This document shows positions 47,952 to 59,923 of a DNA stretch of 64,000 bases, piece after piece. Positions within the stretch are counted from its first letter, which is position 1; each line of letters begins with the position of its first letter. A program made the translations under genes and the position numbers. Source of the stretch: Rebecca billardiae RCC1528 (taxonomy: Eukaryota; Protista; Haptophyta). The notes under the pieces are model-generated. The model was not told where the DNA came from and searched no databases. It saw only the letters and a list, made by a program, of their open reading frames with translations. The stretch covers positions 434,001 to 498,000 of the forward strand of contig OZ251253.1 of assembly GCA_965240325.2 (NCBI GenBank), read 5' to 3'.

Positions 47952-48177
47952 CGCGACGGCGGCGGCGGTCGCGCTGGACTCGCTGGGCGTGATCGAGGAG
48001 GCACGGTCGATTTCGTCATCCAGTCTCGAAGAGTACTGCTACCTGCGGTTGCGATGGTCCGGGTGGGTCCCCCGGACTGCTCGGCTCTCGCCGAGCGGTG
48101 TCGAGGAACCACTGCGCCAGCGGCTTTCAGCCAGCCACGTATTGAGCCGCCATCCTGCTGGCGGCCGTTGTCTCGCG

Positions 48178-49639
48178 ATGCCCTCGTCCGCCGCCGAGCT
48201 GAACAAGCTCAAGGTGCGGCGCGGCGCGGCGTGCGCGTCGCCCACCCCCGCCACCCACCCGCCCACGCCGCGCGCGCGCGCCCTGACCCGCGCGCCCGCC
48301 TCTACGCGCGCGCGCTCCGCGCCGCAGGTCGCTGATCTCAAGGAGCTGCTCAAGGCTCGGAACCTGCCGCAGACGGGCAAGAAGGACGAGCTCGTGCAGC
48401 GGCTGCTCGAGGCCGAGAGCGGCGACGCCGCGCCGCCGCAGCCCGCCCAGCCAGCCGCGCCTGCCGAGCCCACGCCCGCGCCGCAGCCAGCGGCGCAGCC
48501 GCCGGCGCCGCAGCCTGCCGCCGCGCAGCCCGCCGAGCCTGCGCCGCCCAAGCCGGCGCCCGAGCCGACGCCAGCGGCCCCAGCGGAGCCGGCCGCCCCG
48601 CAGGCCGAGCCGGAGCCAGCAGGCGCGCCGACGCCCGCCCAGCCGTCCGGCGCCGAGGCGCCGGCCTCGCAGGTGCGCGCCACGCGCGGCGGCTGCGGCG
48701 TGCATGCATGCACGCGCGACAGCGCGGCGCGGGGCGCGCCGCGCGCGCGCGCGCCCCGCCGCGCGCTCCGCCTCACGCCGCGTGCTGCGCGCGCGCGCGC
48801 GCGCGCGCTCGTCCGCAGGAGCTCACGGAGCAGCAGCGCCGCGAGCAGCGCGCCGCCCGCTTCGGCGTGCCCCTCGTGCAGCCCGCGACCAAGGGCGCCG
48901 CGGACCCCAAGGTGAGCGAGGCAGGCGGCGGGGAGAAGGCTGCGGCCGCCCCCGCGCACGCACGGGCGGGGGCGCAGCGATCGAGGCGGCGGGGAGAAGG
49001 CTGCGGTGCCCCCGCGCTCGCACGGGCGGGGGCGCAGCGAGGCAGGTGGCGGGGTGAAGGCTGCGGCCGCCCCCGCGCACGCACGGGCGGGGGCGCGCGC
49101 GCGCGGCGCGCTGCAGGCGGGCGCTCGTGGGTGGATGGGGGGCGGTGGGCGCGCGCGGCGTCCGCGGGGGCGCGGCGTGCGGGCTGCGCTGAGCATGCGC
49201 GCGGCGGGTGTGCCGCGGGACCCCCGCAGCACGGCCGCTCCTCGGCTGACGACGCGCTCGCGCGCCCCCGCGCCGCGCGCGCCCGCCCCGCGCCGCCCCG
49301 CGCCGCCGCCCCGGCCCGCGCCCCAAGCAGGTCGAGGAGAGGCGAAAGCGCTTCGGCGTCGTCGAGCCGGCGGACGGCGGCCGCTCGGCGGGCGGGATCG
49401 GCGGCGGCCCGGGCAAGAAGCAGCTGAGTGCCGAGGCGCTCGAGAAGATCAAGAAGCGGCAGGAGCGCTTCGGCGCGGTGGGCGCGGACGAGGCGGAGGC
49501 GGGCGGCGGCGCTCAGAAGAAGCGGCAGAAGGGCGAGGGAGGCGAGCCCGCCGCCGCGGCGCCGCCCATGTCTGAGGAGATGAAGGCCAAGCTGGAGGCG
49601 CGCGCCAAGCGGTTTGGCGGCGCCGCCGCGCCGCAGTGA
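48178..49639 (+). CDS. SAP-domain ribonucleoprotein (Tho1/SARNP/MOS11-like); introns 48214-48327, 48673-48818, 48912-49330
   Basis: SAP motif LNKLK|VADLKELLKARNLPQTGKKDELVQRL; four R-x-x-R-F-G motifs (RAARFG, RRKRFG, RQERFG, RAKRFG), typical of the Tho1/MOS11 C-terminus. Confidence 0.87.
48915..49096 (+). repeat. Intronic minisatellite, 3 copies of ~60 bp
   Basis: GGCGGGGAGAAGGCTGCGGCCGCCCCCGCGCACGCACGGGCGGGGGCGC repeated three times with few changes. Confidence 0.88.
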
Positions 49640-50574
49640 GCCGGGCTGGCCGGCCGTGCGGTTGGGTCCGGGGGTCCGGGCTGCTGGGTGGGGCCTGCGC
49701 TGCGTGCGCGCGTGCTGCCGGCGGCGTCTGCAGCCGCTACTGCGCGGGCAGCGCTCGCCGCGCGGCGCCATCGCCGCGAAGCCTCGCACGCCGCCGCCCA
49801 CCAGCGGGGCACGCCACTGGCGTCGTGCGGCGCCTGGTGTGGCCGCGCCCTCCGCTGCTGCCTGCCTGCCCTCTCTCTCTCTCTCTCGTCCTATGGGTAT
49901 TTCTTTCTCTCGTCCTATTTATTTCCGGGAGACACCGCGACGTCCGCGCGCAGGGCACGCGGGGGGCATCGGTGCATGGTGACCCTGCCAACCTGCCGGC
50001 AGTCACAGCCACAGACGGGCCGCTTGGCAACGCGCTGTGCGCGCTCACACGGCACACGCCATGCTGAGAGCTCGCGTTCGCCAATGGCAGCATCCCGCGC
50101 ATCCGTAACGACACAGGCGCCGGGACGAGTCCGGACTCCGGGCCAGACCGGGAGTGGCGGGACGGCACGGACTGTCGGGCGGACCGGGAGCGACCGCTGT
50201 CACGTGGCCCGCGTGCGACGTGACGGGCAACGCGGTCATCCGCTCAGTGTCAGTGCCCATCTGAGTTCCGACGACGCCGACGGCGGACCGGGCCGCGGCG
50301 GACGCCGCGGGCGCGCGCGGACCGGTCCGGCAACACCGCCGCGGGACCGCCGCCGGGACGGGGCCCATGTATAACGGCACTCGGCACAGTCTGATATTGT
50401 ATAACGCGTCTTATAGACGAGCGCCTGAGCCTGATGACGGTGCCAGCCAGGGTCCGACTTCTATAGACGATATATATATATATATACGAGCAGCTATATG
50501 CATGCGGACCACATCCTCGCGTCGGCGGCGGCGTCGTCAGCACCGCCGTGAATCGGAAATCAGTCACTCAACGG

Positions 50575-51109
50575 TCAGCGCAGCGCATTGAAGAAGCGTC
50601 GCTCGTGCGGCACGCGGCTGGACTTGAGAACGCGACCGCTGAACGCGCTGATTGATAGCCTCGTGCACGCACGCACACTGCCCTCCGCATGCCGTGCGTT
50701 CACCGCCAGCGTCGTGGCCCTCGAGACAGCCTTCCGAAAAGCGTGTCTGTGCCGCATGTGGCGACGGGCCCGACCGAGCGCGCAGGGCCGGAACCCATCC
50801 GGTGCGCGCTCACGACGTGAACATGGTTCCGTCGTGTCCACGCTTGTGGCACTGGATAGGTGTGTATGGAGTCCCCCGGTCGAACATCGCCTCCTCGGCG
50901 AACTGTGGCAGCACGTTGAACTTCATCACGCGCACGCCGCCCAGAGGCTTGGGCGGCGGTTTCTCGTCGTTGACGGGGAGGTCGTCCTCGACGATGTCGA
51001 ACTTCTTTGTGTGCTGCACGATGGTCTGCTCCAGCCGGTCGTTCTCGTCCCTCAGCTTCCGCAGGTCGTCCGCTGTGATCGGCGCAGAGTCGCCGTCCGC
51101 GTTCGACAT
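50575..51109 (-). CDS. Small hypothetical protein with N-terminal coiled coil; probable intron from 50813, 3' end uncertain
   Basis: ORF 51109-50810 has coding-like composition (DDLRKLRDENDRLEQTI) and its stop overlaps a GTGAG donor; splicing could join the 50575 frame. Confidence 0.45.
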
Positions 51110-51418
51110 GGCGACGCGCCCGAGCGATGGGAGCTCCAGACGCAGCAGAAACCGAACCGAAAAGGTAACAGACTAACAGCCGCGGGCGCGGCGTATTGTA
51201 CGACGTAAACAATGGCGGCCGAAAGTTACGTCTTCCCCCGCAAAATATGCTGATGACGACTATTTCATCGCATTCAACCACCGCCTGGTGGCTCCAGAAC
51301 TCTCAGGCCCCAGCGGCACAGCCTGCCAAGACGTGCGGGACAGCCCCGCCCTGGTAGAGCACCGGGCAGGCCGCCACCATCGCCACATCGCGGCCGCCAC
51401 GAGGCACGACGCGGCTCG

Positions 51419-53431
51419 TCAGGGTGAGGGCCCAGCGGCACGGCGGAGCAGCGCGGCCCGCTCCGGGTCGGCCTCGTAGTATCCCGGCGGCGGCGGCGGC
51501 GCACTCGGCGGCGGGTGTTGAGGCTGGCACCCTGCCGCCGTCGCAGCGCCGGCGTACTGCGGCGGGCCCGCTGGCATCGGCAGTGCCGTTGGCGGCGCCG
51601 CGGCCATCGCGGCCGGGTACAAGCCATACTGCGGCGGCGGCGGCGCGGAGGAGCCTGCGCACGCCCAGCTGCCCTGGCTGCCCTGAGGGGGGCTGGGCAT
51701 GCCCGGCGCGGCACCCGCGCCGGCGGCCCATCCGCCCAGCGGCCTGCCGAGCCGGGACGGGAGACGGCCGGCTCGCGGCCGCGGCGCTGCGCTCGCGGAG
51801 GGCCCTGCGCGGCCGCCGCCACCACCCCCGCCGCGCGCCGGCCCGCAGCGCTGGCGCGCGCCGCCGAGCGCGCACGCCGCGCCGGCTGCGACCGAGAGCA
51901 GAGCAGCTGCCAGCAGCGGGCGGAAGCGGAGCCACGCCAGGGCCCCGACGAGGCAGGTGTACATGATGGCGACGCACAGCGCCGCGCAGCCCAGCGCGCA
52001 GCCCGCGAGCTCGCCGATGGCGGGGCCGACGCACGGCACCGCGTCAGGCATCACAGCCAGAGGCCGTCCGATCATCATCAGCCCTGCGTGGGCGCGCGCG
52101 CGCCGTGTGCGGCGCGCGCGGGGGCGGAGCGGCGTGAAGGCGGCGGGGGCACGCGCGCCGCGCGGCGCCGAGGGCCACCGCCGCGCGCGCGCGTCCAACG
52201 CCTCCGCGCACGCGCGCGACGCACCGGCCCAGCTCGCCACCAGCCCGCACGCGCGCAGCGCCCACGTGAGCTGGCCGTTAGCGTCTGTCATGGCGGCGAG
52301 CATTTGACGCGCGCTCAGCTCGCCCTCGGCGAGCTCGAGCAGGCCGTACCCCTTGGGCACGGCGCGCCCGCCGAGCCGCGGCCACGCCTCCGCCTCGTTG
52401 CCCGCCTCGCCCGCGTCCGCTGCGCCGAGGGCAGCGCCCGGGGCCTCGGCGGCCAGCCGTCGCCGCGCGGCCGCAGCGGCAGAGCGCGCGGGCGCACCAC
52501 CGCGCACAAGCGGCGCGGCGCCGCGCGTGCCGTCGTCGCCGTGGAACTCGCGCTGCGGCCAGAAGGCACCGGGCCCGTTGGACGGCGTGGACGCGTCGCC
52601 CTCCCACGCGCCGAACCCCTCGCCGCGCTGCGCCGCGAGCACGGACACGCGCGTCGCCGCCGAGCGCCGGTAGCGCACCCGCACTGCCCCCACCACAGGC
52701 GCTCTTGGATCGGCCGAGTACAACCAGCCGTCCGCGCCGACGACCGTGTTGCTCGGCTCGAGCTTGGCGGGCGGCTGGCGCGCGGGCAGCATGCCGCCGT
52801 CGGCCACGCCCCGCGGCGCCATCGCCACCGGCGCGGACGAGTGGATGCGCTCGGCGAGCTTCGCGCTCAGCGCGTGCGCGCCTGCGCGCAGCCGCGCGGC
52901 CCGTTGCACCGCCGTGCGCTCCGGCCACGCGGAGGCGGGCGGGTTGGCGTGCCGCACGCCAGCCGCGCCGACGGGCCGCTTGAACGCGGACGAGTCGATC
53001 GCGTGCGCCGCCCAGTCCCGCGCGTACGTGTACGTCGTCGTCGTCGTCGTCCCGCCGCCGAGCGCGTCCTTGCGGCTGGAGGTGGCGGAGCGCTCCACCC
53101 ACTGATACATCTGCGCCTCGGTCTGGAGGAAGGCGGTGGCGTTGACGGTGAGCGCGCCGTGGAGGAGGGTGAACGACTCGAGGCCCTCGATCGCGCAGCT
53201 CATGTGCACGAGCCGCCCCTCGAACGCCGGGTCGATCGGCGCGCACGGCGCCTCGACGACCGACCGCGCGCCGGCGGCGATCGCCTTTGCCGTGTACACG
53301 GCGCGGCCCTCGTTGTACCAGATGAGCGGGCCGCTGGCGGCGAAGACGAGGAGGCCGACGACGGCGCAGCCGCACGCCTCGCACAGCTTGTTGCCGTACG
53401 AGCGGTGCGACACCTCCTGGTAGTCGTCCAT
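51419..53431 (-). CDS. TMEM43: TMEM43/LUMA-family membrane protein; intron 52084-52224
   Basis: TM + WYNEGRAV, FEGRLVHMS, QMYQWVE, YTYARDW...IDSSAF, HANP, PVVGAVRVRY, VSVLAAQ, LTWALR, LAWLRFRP. Confidence 0.9.
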   Translation of the reverse strand: MDDYQEVSHRSYGNKLCEACGCAVVGLLVFAASGPLIWYNEGRAVYTAKAIAAGARSVVEAPCAPIDPAFEGRLVHMSCAIEGLESFTLLHGALTVNATAFLQTEAQMYQWVERSATSSRKDALGGGTTTTTTYTYARDWAAHAIDSSAFKRPVGAAGVRHANPPASAWPERTAVQRAARLRAGAHALSAKLAERIHSSAPVAMAPRGVADGGMLPARQPPAKLEPSNTVVGADGWLYSADPRAPVVGAVRVRYRRSAATRVSVLAAQRGEGFGAWEGDASTPSNGPGAFWPQREFHGDDGTRGAAPLVRGGAPARSAAAAARRRLAAEAPGAALGAADAGEAGNEAEAWPRLGGRAVPKGYGLLELAEGELSARQMLAAMTDANGQLTWALRACGLVASWAGASRACAEALDARARRWPSAPRGARAPAAFTPLRPRARRTRRARAHAGLMMIGRPLAVMPDAVPCVGPAIGELAGCALGCAALCVAIMYTCLVGALAWLRFRPLLAAALLSVAAGAACALGGARQRCGPARGGGGGGGRAGPSASAAPRPRAGRLPSRLGRPLGGWAAGAGAAPGMPSPPQGSQGSWACAGSSAPPPPQYGLYPAAMAAAPPTALPMPAGPPQYAGAATAAGCQPQHPPPSAPPPPPGYYEADPERAALLRRAAGPSP

Positions 53432-53583
53432 CGCGCGGCGCGCGCCCCGGCGGTCGGTCCAAGAGGTGCGGCGGTGCTCGCGCGAATCTGAAATCGGGAC
53501 CCCGCTCCCGACGCCCGACCCGGCGTGCCGAGTGCAGGTCCCGGACCGAATGTTGCGGGGCCGCCCACGGAAGCCACGAACTC

Positions 53584-55917
53584 ATGACGGCGGAGCGGAA
53601 GCAGCGCTCCGGCTCGGACGGCGAGGGGCTGTCCGCGCCGCTGCTCACGTCGGGGCTGGAGCGCGCGCACGCGGGCGGTGCGAAGCCCGGCTCGGATGCC
53701 GCGCCGCCGCCGCCCGCCGTGGCGTCCTCGCTGCGCCAGCGCTGGACGAGGGGCTCGCAGCGGAAAGCGCGGCCGCCGTCGGTGCGCGTGGAGGGCGTGC
53801 GCGGCGGCGTGGCGACGAACCCGACGCTGTCGCTCTGGTCGTTCCTGGGGCACATGCTGCTGGTGGGCGTCGACGAGACCGTCACCGCCGAGATGGAGGA
53901 GGCCTCCGCCCGGGAGCGCCGGCGCGGCGTGTACCACTTCCTGAGCGTGCCGTACCAGCTCGAGCAGCTGCTGCTGCTCGGCTATCTGGTCTGCCTGGAC
54001 TCGTTCCTCTTCATGGTGACGATGCTGCCCGTGCGCGTGCTCATGGCGCTCCTCGGCGCGCCCTTCACCCGCCGCCTCTCCTGGCTGCAGGTGTGCGACG
54101 TCATGTGCGTCGGCGCGATCGTTCTCACCGTGCTCGCTCTCAATCAGATCGACACGTCGCAGGCGTACCACTCGGTGAAGGGGCAGGCGGTGATCAAGCT
54201 GTACGTGGTGTTCAACGTGCTCGAGGTGTTCGACAAGCTCTGCGCCTCCTTCGGCCAGGACATCCTGCACACCCTCTTCTGGTCCTCGATGGCGCGCCGC
54301 CGGTGGCGCGGCAACCTGCTGCTGGACTTTGTGATCGTGGTGTGCTACCTGGTGGTGCACGCGCTCGTCCTCTTCTACCAGGTGCGGCGCGTGGCGTGCG
54401 GAGGGAGGAGGGGCGGTGGGGAAGGCGTGTGCGCGCGCGCGGTGGCGGGCTGGCGTGGCGGGCGCGTGCGCGGCAGTGGCCGCGGCGCTCAGCCGCGCCG
54501 CGCCGCGCCGCTCGCGCCTCCGCTGACCGCCGGCTCGGCCGGGCAGGTGGTCAGTCTGAACGTGGCGGTGAACTCGCACAACAACGTGATGCTCACGCTG
54601 CTCGTCTCGAACAACTTCGTCGAGCTCAAGAGCAACGTCTTCAAGCGGTTTGAGCCCGAGAACCTCTTCCAGGTCGCGTGCGCGGACATGGTCGAGCGCT
54701 TCCAGCTGACCGTGTTCCTGGTGTGCGTGTCGTTGCACGTGCTGTCCGTGCACGGCTCACACGCGGCGGACTACGCGATCCTGTCGAACGTGGGCGGCGC
54801 GGTCGTGATGGTCGCCGCGGCCGAGCTCCTCGTCGACTGGATCAAGCACGCCTTCGTGATCAAGTTCAACTCGCTGCTGCCGACCGTGTACAGGCGGTTT
54901 CACTACGTGCTGTGCCGAGACCTGGCCAACTCGATCGCCGGCGGGCACGAGGAGCGGCAGGCGGGGCCGCACATGCTGCAGTCGGGCGCGGCGGCGTCCA
55001 CGCGGATCGGCTTCTCGTGCATCCCGCTCCTCTGCCTCGCCGTGCGCTCCGTCACCGCCTTCATCGGCTGGCTCGGCCTCCACCGCTCCCCGAGCGGCCT
55101 CTGCGTCCTCGCACTCGGCTGGGTGCTGCTGTTCGCACTCAAGGTGCTGTGCTCGGTCGCCCTCACCGGGTACGCGTGCGCGCGGATCGTGGAGGGAGGG
55201 CGCGTCCCGCACTCGCCGCACGTGGGGCCGGCCGCGGCGGACGCGGCCAGCGTGCCGCCGCTGGACGGCGGCGGGCACCGCGGCGCGAGCGCCGGCGGCG
55301 GCGACGGCGCGTGCGCGGGCGGCGCGCCGAGCGCGGCCAACTGCCGGCACTCGCCGCACGGCTCCCGGGGCAACTCACTCACGCTCCCGCCGGCTGCATT
55401 GGACGGCGGGCTGGCGGGCAGCGGCGGCGGCAGTGCCGCGACTGCCGCCGCGCAGGCGGGGAGGCCGGGCGGTGCGCACGCGCCCTCCGGCCCGCGCTCG
55501 CCCGGGCGCAAGCCCGCCAGCCCGGCGGCCGGCGCGCGCGGGGCCCCGGCGGCGCGCGGCCGCTCGGCGTTCGAGCGAGCGGTGGAGGGCGAGGCGAGCG
55601 CGCTGCGCGCCTGCTGCCCCTTCTCCGAGCTCTCGAGCCCGACTTCGAGCTGCGGCGAGCTGGCCCCGGTGGAGCGCCCTCGGCGCAGCTCGGACGGGCC
55701 GGGCTCGGCCGGCGCGCGCGGCGCCGCGCGCGCGCCCCGCTTCGGCCGCGACAGCGGCGGGCGGCGCAGCACGGCCTCGGACGACGTCGACGGCGTCGAG
55801 GACTCTCTGATCGCCCACAACGTGTCGCAGTTCTCGCCCGCGCGGCTGGAGGACGCGTCGCGGCTCAACCTGGCGAGCGGGTGCATCCCGTCGATGGACT
55901 CGACCGCGGACCTCTGA
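53584..55917 (+). CDS. TAPT1: TAPT1/Emp65/POD1-family ER membrane protein; intron 54382-54546
   Basis: YHSVKGQAVIKLYVVFNVLEVFDKLCASFGQD, LNVAVNSHNN.MLTLLVSNNFVELKSNVFKRF, DMVERFQ, ELLVDWIKHAFVIKFN. Confidence 0.94.
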   Translation: MTAERKQRSGSDGEGLSAPLLTSGLERAHAGGAKPGSDAAPPPPAVASSLRQRWTRGSQRKARPPSVRVEGVRGGVATNPTLSLWSFLGHMLLVGVDETVTAEMEEASARERRRGVYHFLSVPYQLEQLLLLGYLVCLDSFLFMVTMLPVRVLMALLGAPFTRRLSWLQVCDVMCVGAIVLTVLALNQIDTSQAYHSVKGQAVIKLYVVFNVLEVFDKLCASFGQDILHTLFWSSMARRRWRGNLLLDFVIVVCYLVVHALVLFYQVRRVACGGRRGGGEGVCARAVAGWRGGRVRGSGRGAQPRRAAPLAPPLTAGSAGQVVSLNVAVNSHNNVMLTLLVSNNFVELKSNVFKRFEPENLFQVACADMVERFQLTVFLVCVSLHVLSVHGSHAADYAILSNVGGAVVMVAAAELLVDWIKHAFVIKFNSLLPTVYRRFHYVLCRDLANSIAGGHEERQAGPHMLQSGAAASTRIGFSCIPLLCLAVRSVTAFIGWLGLHRSPSGLCVLALGWVLLFALKVLCSVALTGYACARIVEGGRVPHSPHVGPAAADAASVPPLDGGGHRGASAGGGDGACAGGAPSAANCRHSPHGSRGNSLTLPPAALDGGLAGSGGGSAATAAAQAGRPGGAHAPSGPRSPGRKPASPAAGARGAPAARGRSAFERAVEGEASALRACCPFSELSSPTSSCGELAPVERPRRSSDGPGSAGARGAARAPRFGRDSGGRRSTASDDVDGVEDSLIAHNVSQFSPARLEDASRLNLASGCIPSMDSTADL

Positions 55918-56556
55918 CGCGCGCGCCGGCGCGCGTCGCGCGGCCGCGCGCGAGCAGCGCGCACGCAGCCGACACTGCTGCGGACAGCGGAGTGCGGCGC
56001 CCGGCGGCTTCGGGCGCGGCTGGCCTCTTGGCGCTTGCTTCAAGCGTGCCTTGTGGTGACGAGCGTTACTACCAGCGGCAGGATCGCCGGCGTTGAGCGT
56101 CCGTCCTGGCGACGGCACCGCGGCCGATCAGTCGGGTAGTGGAGACGCCCACTGTGGCTCGCAGCGGAGAGAGCTGACGCCAGTAGACCTGTCCACCGCG
56201 GCTGGCCCCGCGGCCGTCGGAGGCCCGGAGGGCGGGCTGTCCTTGGTGCCGGGCCGACCGGCCGGACAGATTTCGATCGCTTGCTCCACATTGATTGAAG
56301 GCCTTGCTCTAGCCAGGCTCTCACAATCTCAAATCGCGCCCCCTACAAAATATGCAGGCCGGTACTCAAAGATCGAAGATTGATGCTCATCAGATTGCGT
56401 TCGGGGCGGCCACCTCCTAGGAACCATTCGGAGGGTGCCGGTTGGCTTCCAAGATCTGGGTAAAACGGAGTTGGTTATTGCTAGCGCCGACGCCCGCGAC
56501 CGGGCGACATCAAAGCCGAGCCCCGCTCGGTGGGCGGCCAGCCAAGCGGCCAGCCG

Positions 56557-58789
56557 ATGGCGCTGGACGCGCTGTACCTGCAGATGCACGGTCTGCGATG
56601 GCAGCGGCTCGACGATCACCTGCCCATGCGCGCACGCCGGCGGGGCGACGACGTGGAGGCCGACGCCGGCGCGGCCGGCGCCGAGGCCGGCGCCGCAGGC
56701 GCGCCCGCGGCGGCCGAGGACGAGCCCGTGCCTTTCCTCGCGCGCTGGCGCGCGGCGACGTGGGCCGGGCGCGGCGAGCTCCTCCTCACCTCTCTCTTCG
56801 CCTTCGCCGAGCGCCTCGCGCTCCTGCTCCTGCTCATCGCCGCGCTCATCCCGGCGTTTGTCGCGCTGGCGTATGCGAGCTTCCTGCTGCTGCTGCTCGT
56901 GTCTGCGGCGGTGAGCTTCACGTCGGAGCACGCGATGTGGGTGTTCATCGCGCTGTGGCTGACGTACGGGCTGCACGCGGTGAACGGCCGCATGCGCACG
57001 CAGCTCGTCGTCAACGACGAGAGACACCCGCTGCACCTGAGTGTGCTTGTGCTCATGCTGTGTGCCATGGTGCGCGCCGCTCGCGCGCGCCGCGCCGCGC
57101 GGCGGGCGTGGCGGTGGCCCAGGCGGCTGTCGGCGTGCGTGGCGCGGTGGTCAGGGGCGCGTGGCGTCTGCCGCCGCTCGCGCGCGCCGTGCGCGACAAC
57201 CACGCCTGTGCCCTGCGGCAGCAAGCCTGGCGGCCGCACGACCGGCAGCCCTCGGCCAGGAGGCCTGCCCTCGCCCTGGGCTGCCCTAACCCTAACCCTA
57301 ACCCTAACCTAGGCCTGCCCTTGGCCTGGGCTGCTGCAGCCAGGCGGCGGCTGTCCCGCCCGTGCAGCCGGGCTGCTCTCACGCACATATCCCTACCCGC
57401 ACGCCCCCCCTCCTCGCGCGTGCGCGTGCGCCACTCGCCGCGTCGTGCCCGTGCACGCACGCGCGCGCCGCGCCCGCCGCGGCCTGCCCCGCCCGCGCCG
57501 CGCCCGCGCCGCGCGCGCACAGGTGTTCCTAACGGTCCGCCTGTTCGACCCGAGCAACGCCGTGATCGGGCGGCACGTGTGGTTCGCCCCGCCGCACCCG
57601 CTGCCCGCCTCGGCGGCGGAGGTGCTCTGGCGGACGGTGCTCACGGACCTGGTGCGCGCCGATTGGCCGGGCGGCGCGCGCCCAGCCTTGCCCCTGCGCC
57701 TTTGCCGCCGCGCCGCCCGCTCTCGGGGGCACGCGCCGGCCAGCGGCATCGCTCGCTCGCGCGTGCGCGCGGCGGGCGGGCTGGCCGACGCGCTCCCGCG
57801 GTGCCGCCGCTCACTGCGCTGCACCCCCGCGCCTCCTCCCGCCCCCCGCGTGCGCCCGGGCCGTCCCCTGCGCCGCCCAACCCGCCGCTGCCTGCTGCCT
57901 TCCGCCCGGCGCCACATCCGGCGCGCACCCGCCATCGCCGCGATTCATTGTTTTTGCCATCGCCGCGATTCATTGTTTTTGGGTGTATACCGCACCGTGT
58001 CAATCAAACGTGCAGATTGTGCGCTACCTGTCCACAGCTGCCAAGCTGCTGGTGACGCTGGCGCTCGCGAGGCGCGCGCCGATGCGGCAGCTGCAGCGGC
58101 TCTTCCTGGGCTGGGAGATGGCGTGGGGTCTGTACCGATCGCTGCTGCCGACGCAGTGGTACGGCTGGTGGGGCGAGCGCGCGCTCGTCACCGGCGACTT
58201 TGGCGGTGATGGCAGCCCGCTCCCGGCGCGCTGGCGGGCAGTCGTCGCGTTTCTCTTCCTGGTCGCGCTGCTGGTGAAGACGAACCTGCTGCTCTTCCAG
58301 CTCAGGCAGATCGGCACGGCGTTCCGCTCGAGGGCGGCGAACCGGCCGGTGCGCGCCGCGTGCCGACGCGCACGCTCGTGGCGCCGCGGCCGCGCGGCCG
58401 CCGGCCGACTGTTCACCCGGCCCCCCACTGCCATCTTGTGCCCCCTGCGCTGTGCCGCGCTGCGTGCGCGCGCGCGCGACTGGTCCGCCCGCCACCTCGC
58501 GCCGCGCTGCCCGCGCCAGCTGTACGGCCGCTACGCGACGGACGCCGACCTCGCGGAGCATGGCGATGAGCCGTGCCCCATCTGCTACTGCGAGCTGAGC
58601 AGCCCGGTCACGCTCACGTGCGGGCACACCTTCTGCGAGCACTGCGTCGCCCTCTGGCTCGAGCGCGACAACTCGGAGACGAAGGCGGACTGCACGTGCC
58701 CCATGTGCCGCGCGCGCGTGTTCCGCGGAGACCCGATCGCGTGGTACAAGAGCGACGGCACCACGCCGCTGCTCTGCCAGTTCTTCTAG
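56557..58789 (+). CDS. RING-HC finger transmembrane E3 ligase, RNFT1/2-like; introns 57070-57522, 57652-58015, 58349-58519
   Basis: Several TM helices, TDL|IVRY, YRSLLPTQWY, YATDADL, C3HC4 RING CPIC...CGHTFCEHC..WLER...TCPMCR, C-terminal DGTTPLLCQFF. Confidence 0.88.
57284..57307 (+). repeat. Interstitial telomere-type repeat (CCCTAA)4 in an intron
   Basis: Direct reading; a shorter tract is at 34234-34250 on the opposite strand. Confidence 0.9.
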
Positions 58790-59003
58790 GCCGGGGCCGC
58801 CGCCGGCTAATGTGGCTCGGCGCGAGGCGTGGCGGGTGGGTCGACGGATGAGACGCCGAATCGGCGGGCGGCGTGCATTTGCGGGCGGCGTCCGCCTTGA
58901 GTAATATAAGCCGCCAAGCGCTACCGGCCGACTCCGGGCGGCTGGCGGACCCGAGAATCTGATAGCGCAGACGCGCTTATCATTAATATATATATATATA
59001 TAT

Positions 59004-59522
<519 letters not shown>

Positions 59523-59923
59523 TAATAGTAACGTAGTACGGTCGATCTATATACGGATGACGACGGCACTAGCCGCCGCGCTGCTGAATTGAGAGAATTC
59601 AGATATAATTAACGACGCGCATCATGATATATCTGAGACGACTGTGCACAGTCGTCTGATGATGATGGTCACGCAGGCGCCGTCGATCGAGCCAGCAAGG
59701 GCCTGCATGGTGCGCGCGAGGCCGCCGCCCGACTGAGCAGGTCTAGAGTACTAGCCGTAGGTAGCTCCGAAGAGCATTATCGAGCCGGTCGGTCGCAGCA
59801 GCGTGCCAGCAGGAGGGGGCGGCGAGGGGCGGCTACCCGCTGCGGCAGGTCGAGGCGCCATCCATGGGCCACACCTCCGCGGCGTGGAGCGCGGCAGCAG
59901 CGCCCGTGCTCGCAGGGGGCGCA

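Noticed and set aside
48915-49096. 60-bp repeats as a possible CRISPR-like array
   Set aside because: Head-to-tail copies without unique spacers, inside an intron, and no cas genes.
50810-50813. TGA as possible selenocysteine or readthrough codon
   Set aside because: It overlaps a GTGAG splice donor, as in E2F at 62241; an intron is the simpler explanation and no SECIS was identified.
51236-56356. Shared CAAAATATGC motif near two gene starts (about 51241 and 56346)
   Set aside because: Only two short matches, in opposite orientation relative to the genes; insufficient support.
57931-57980. 25-bp tandem duplication GCCATCGCCGCGATTCATTGTTTTT in an intron
   Set aside because: Real but most simply local slippage; no further structure.
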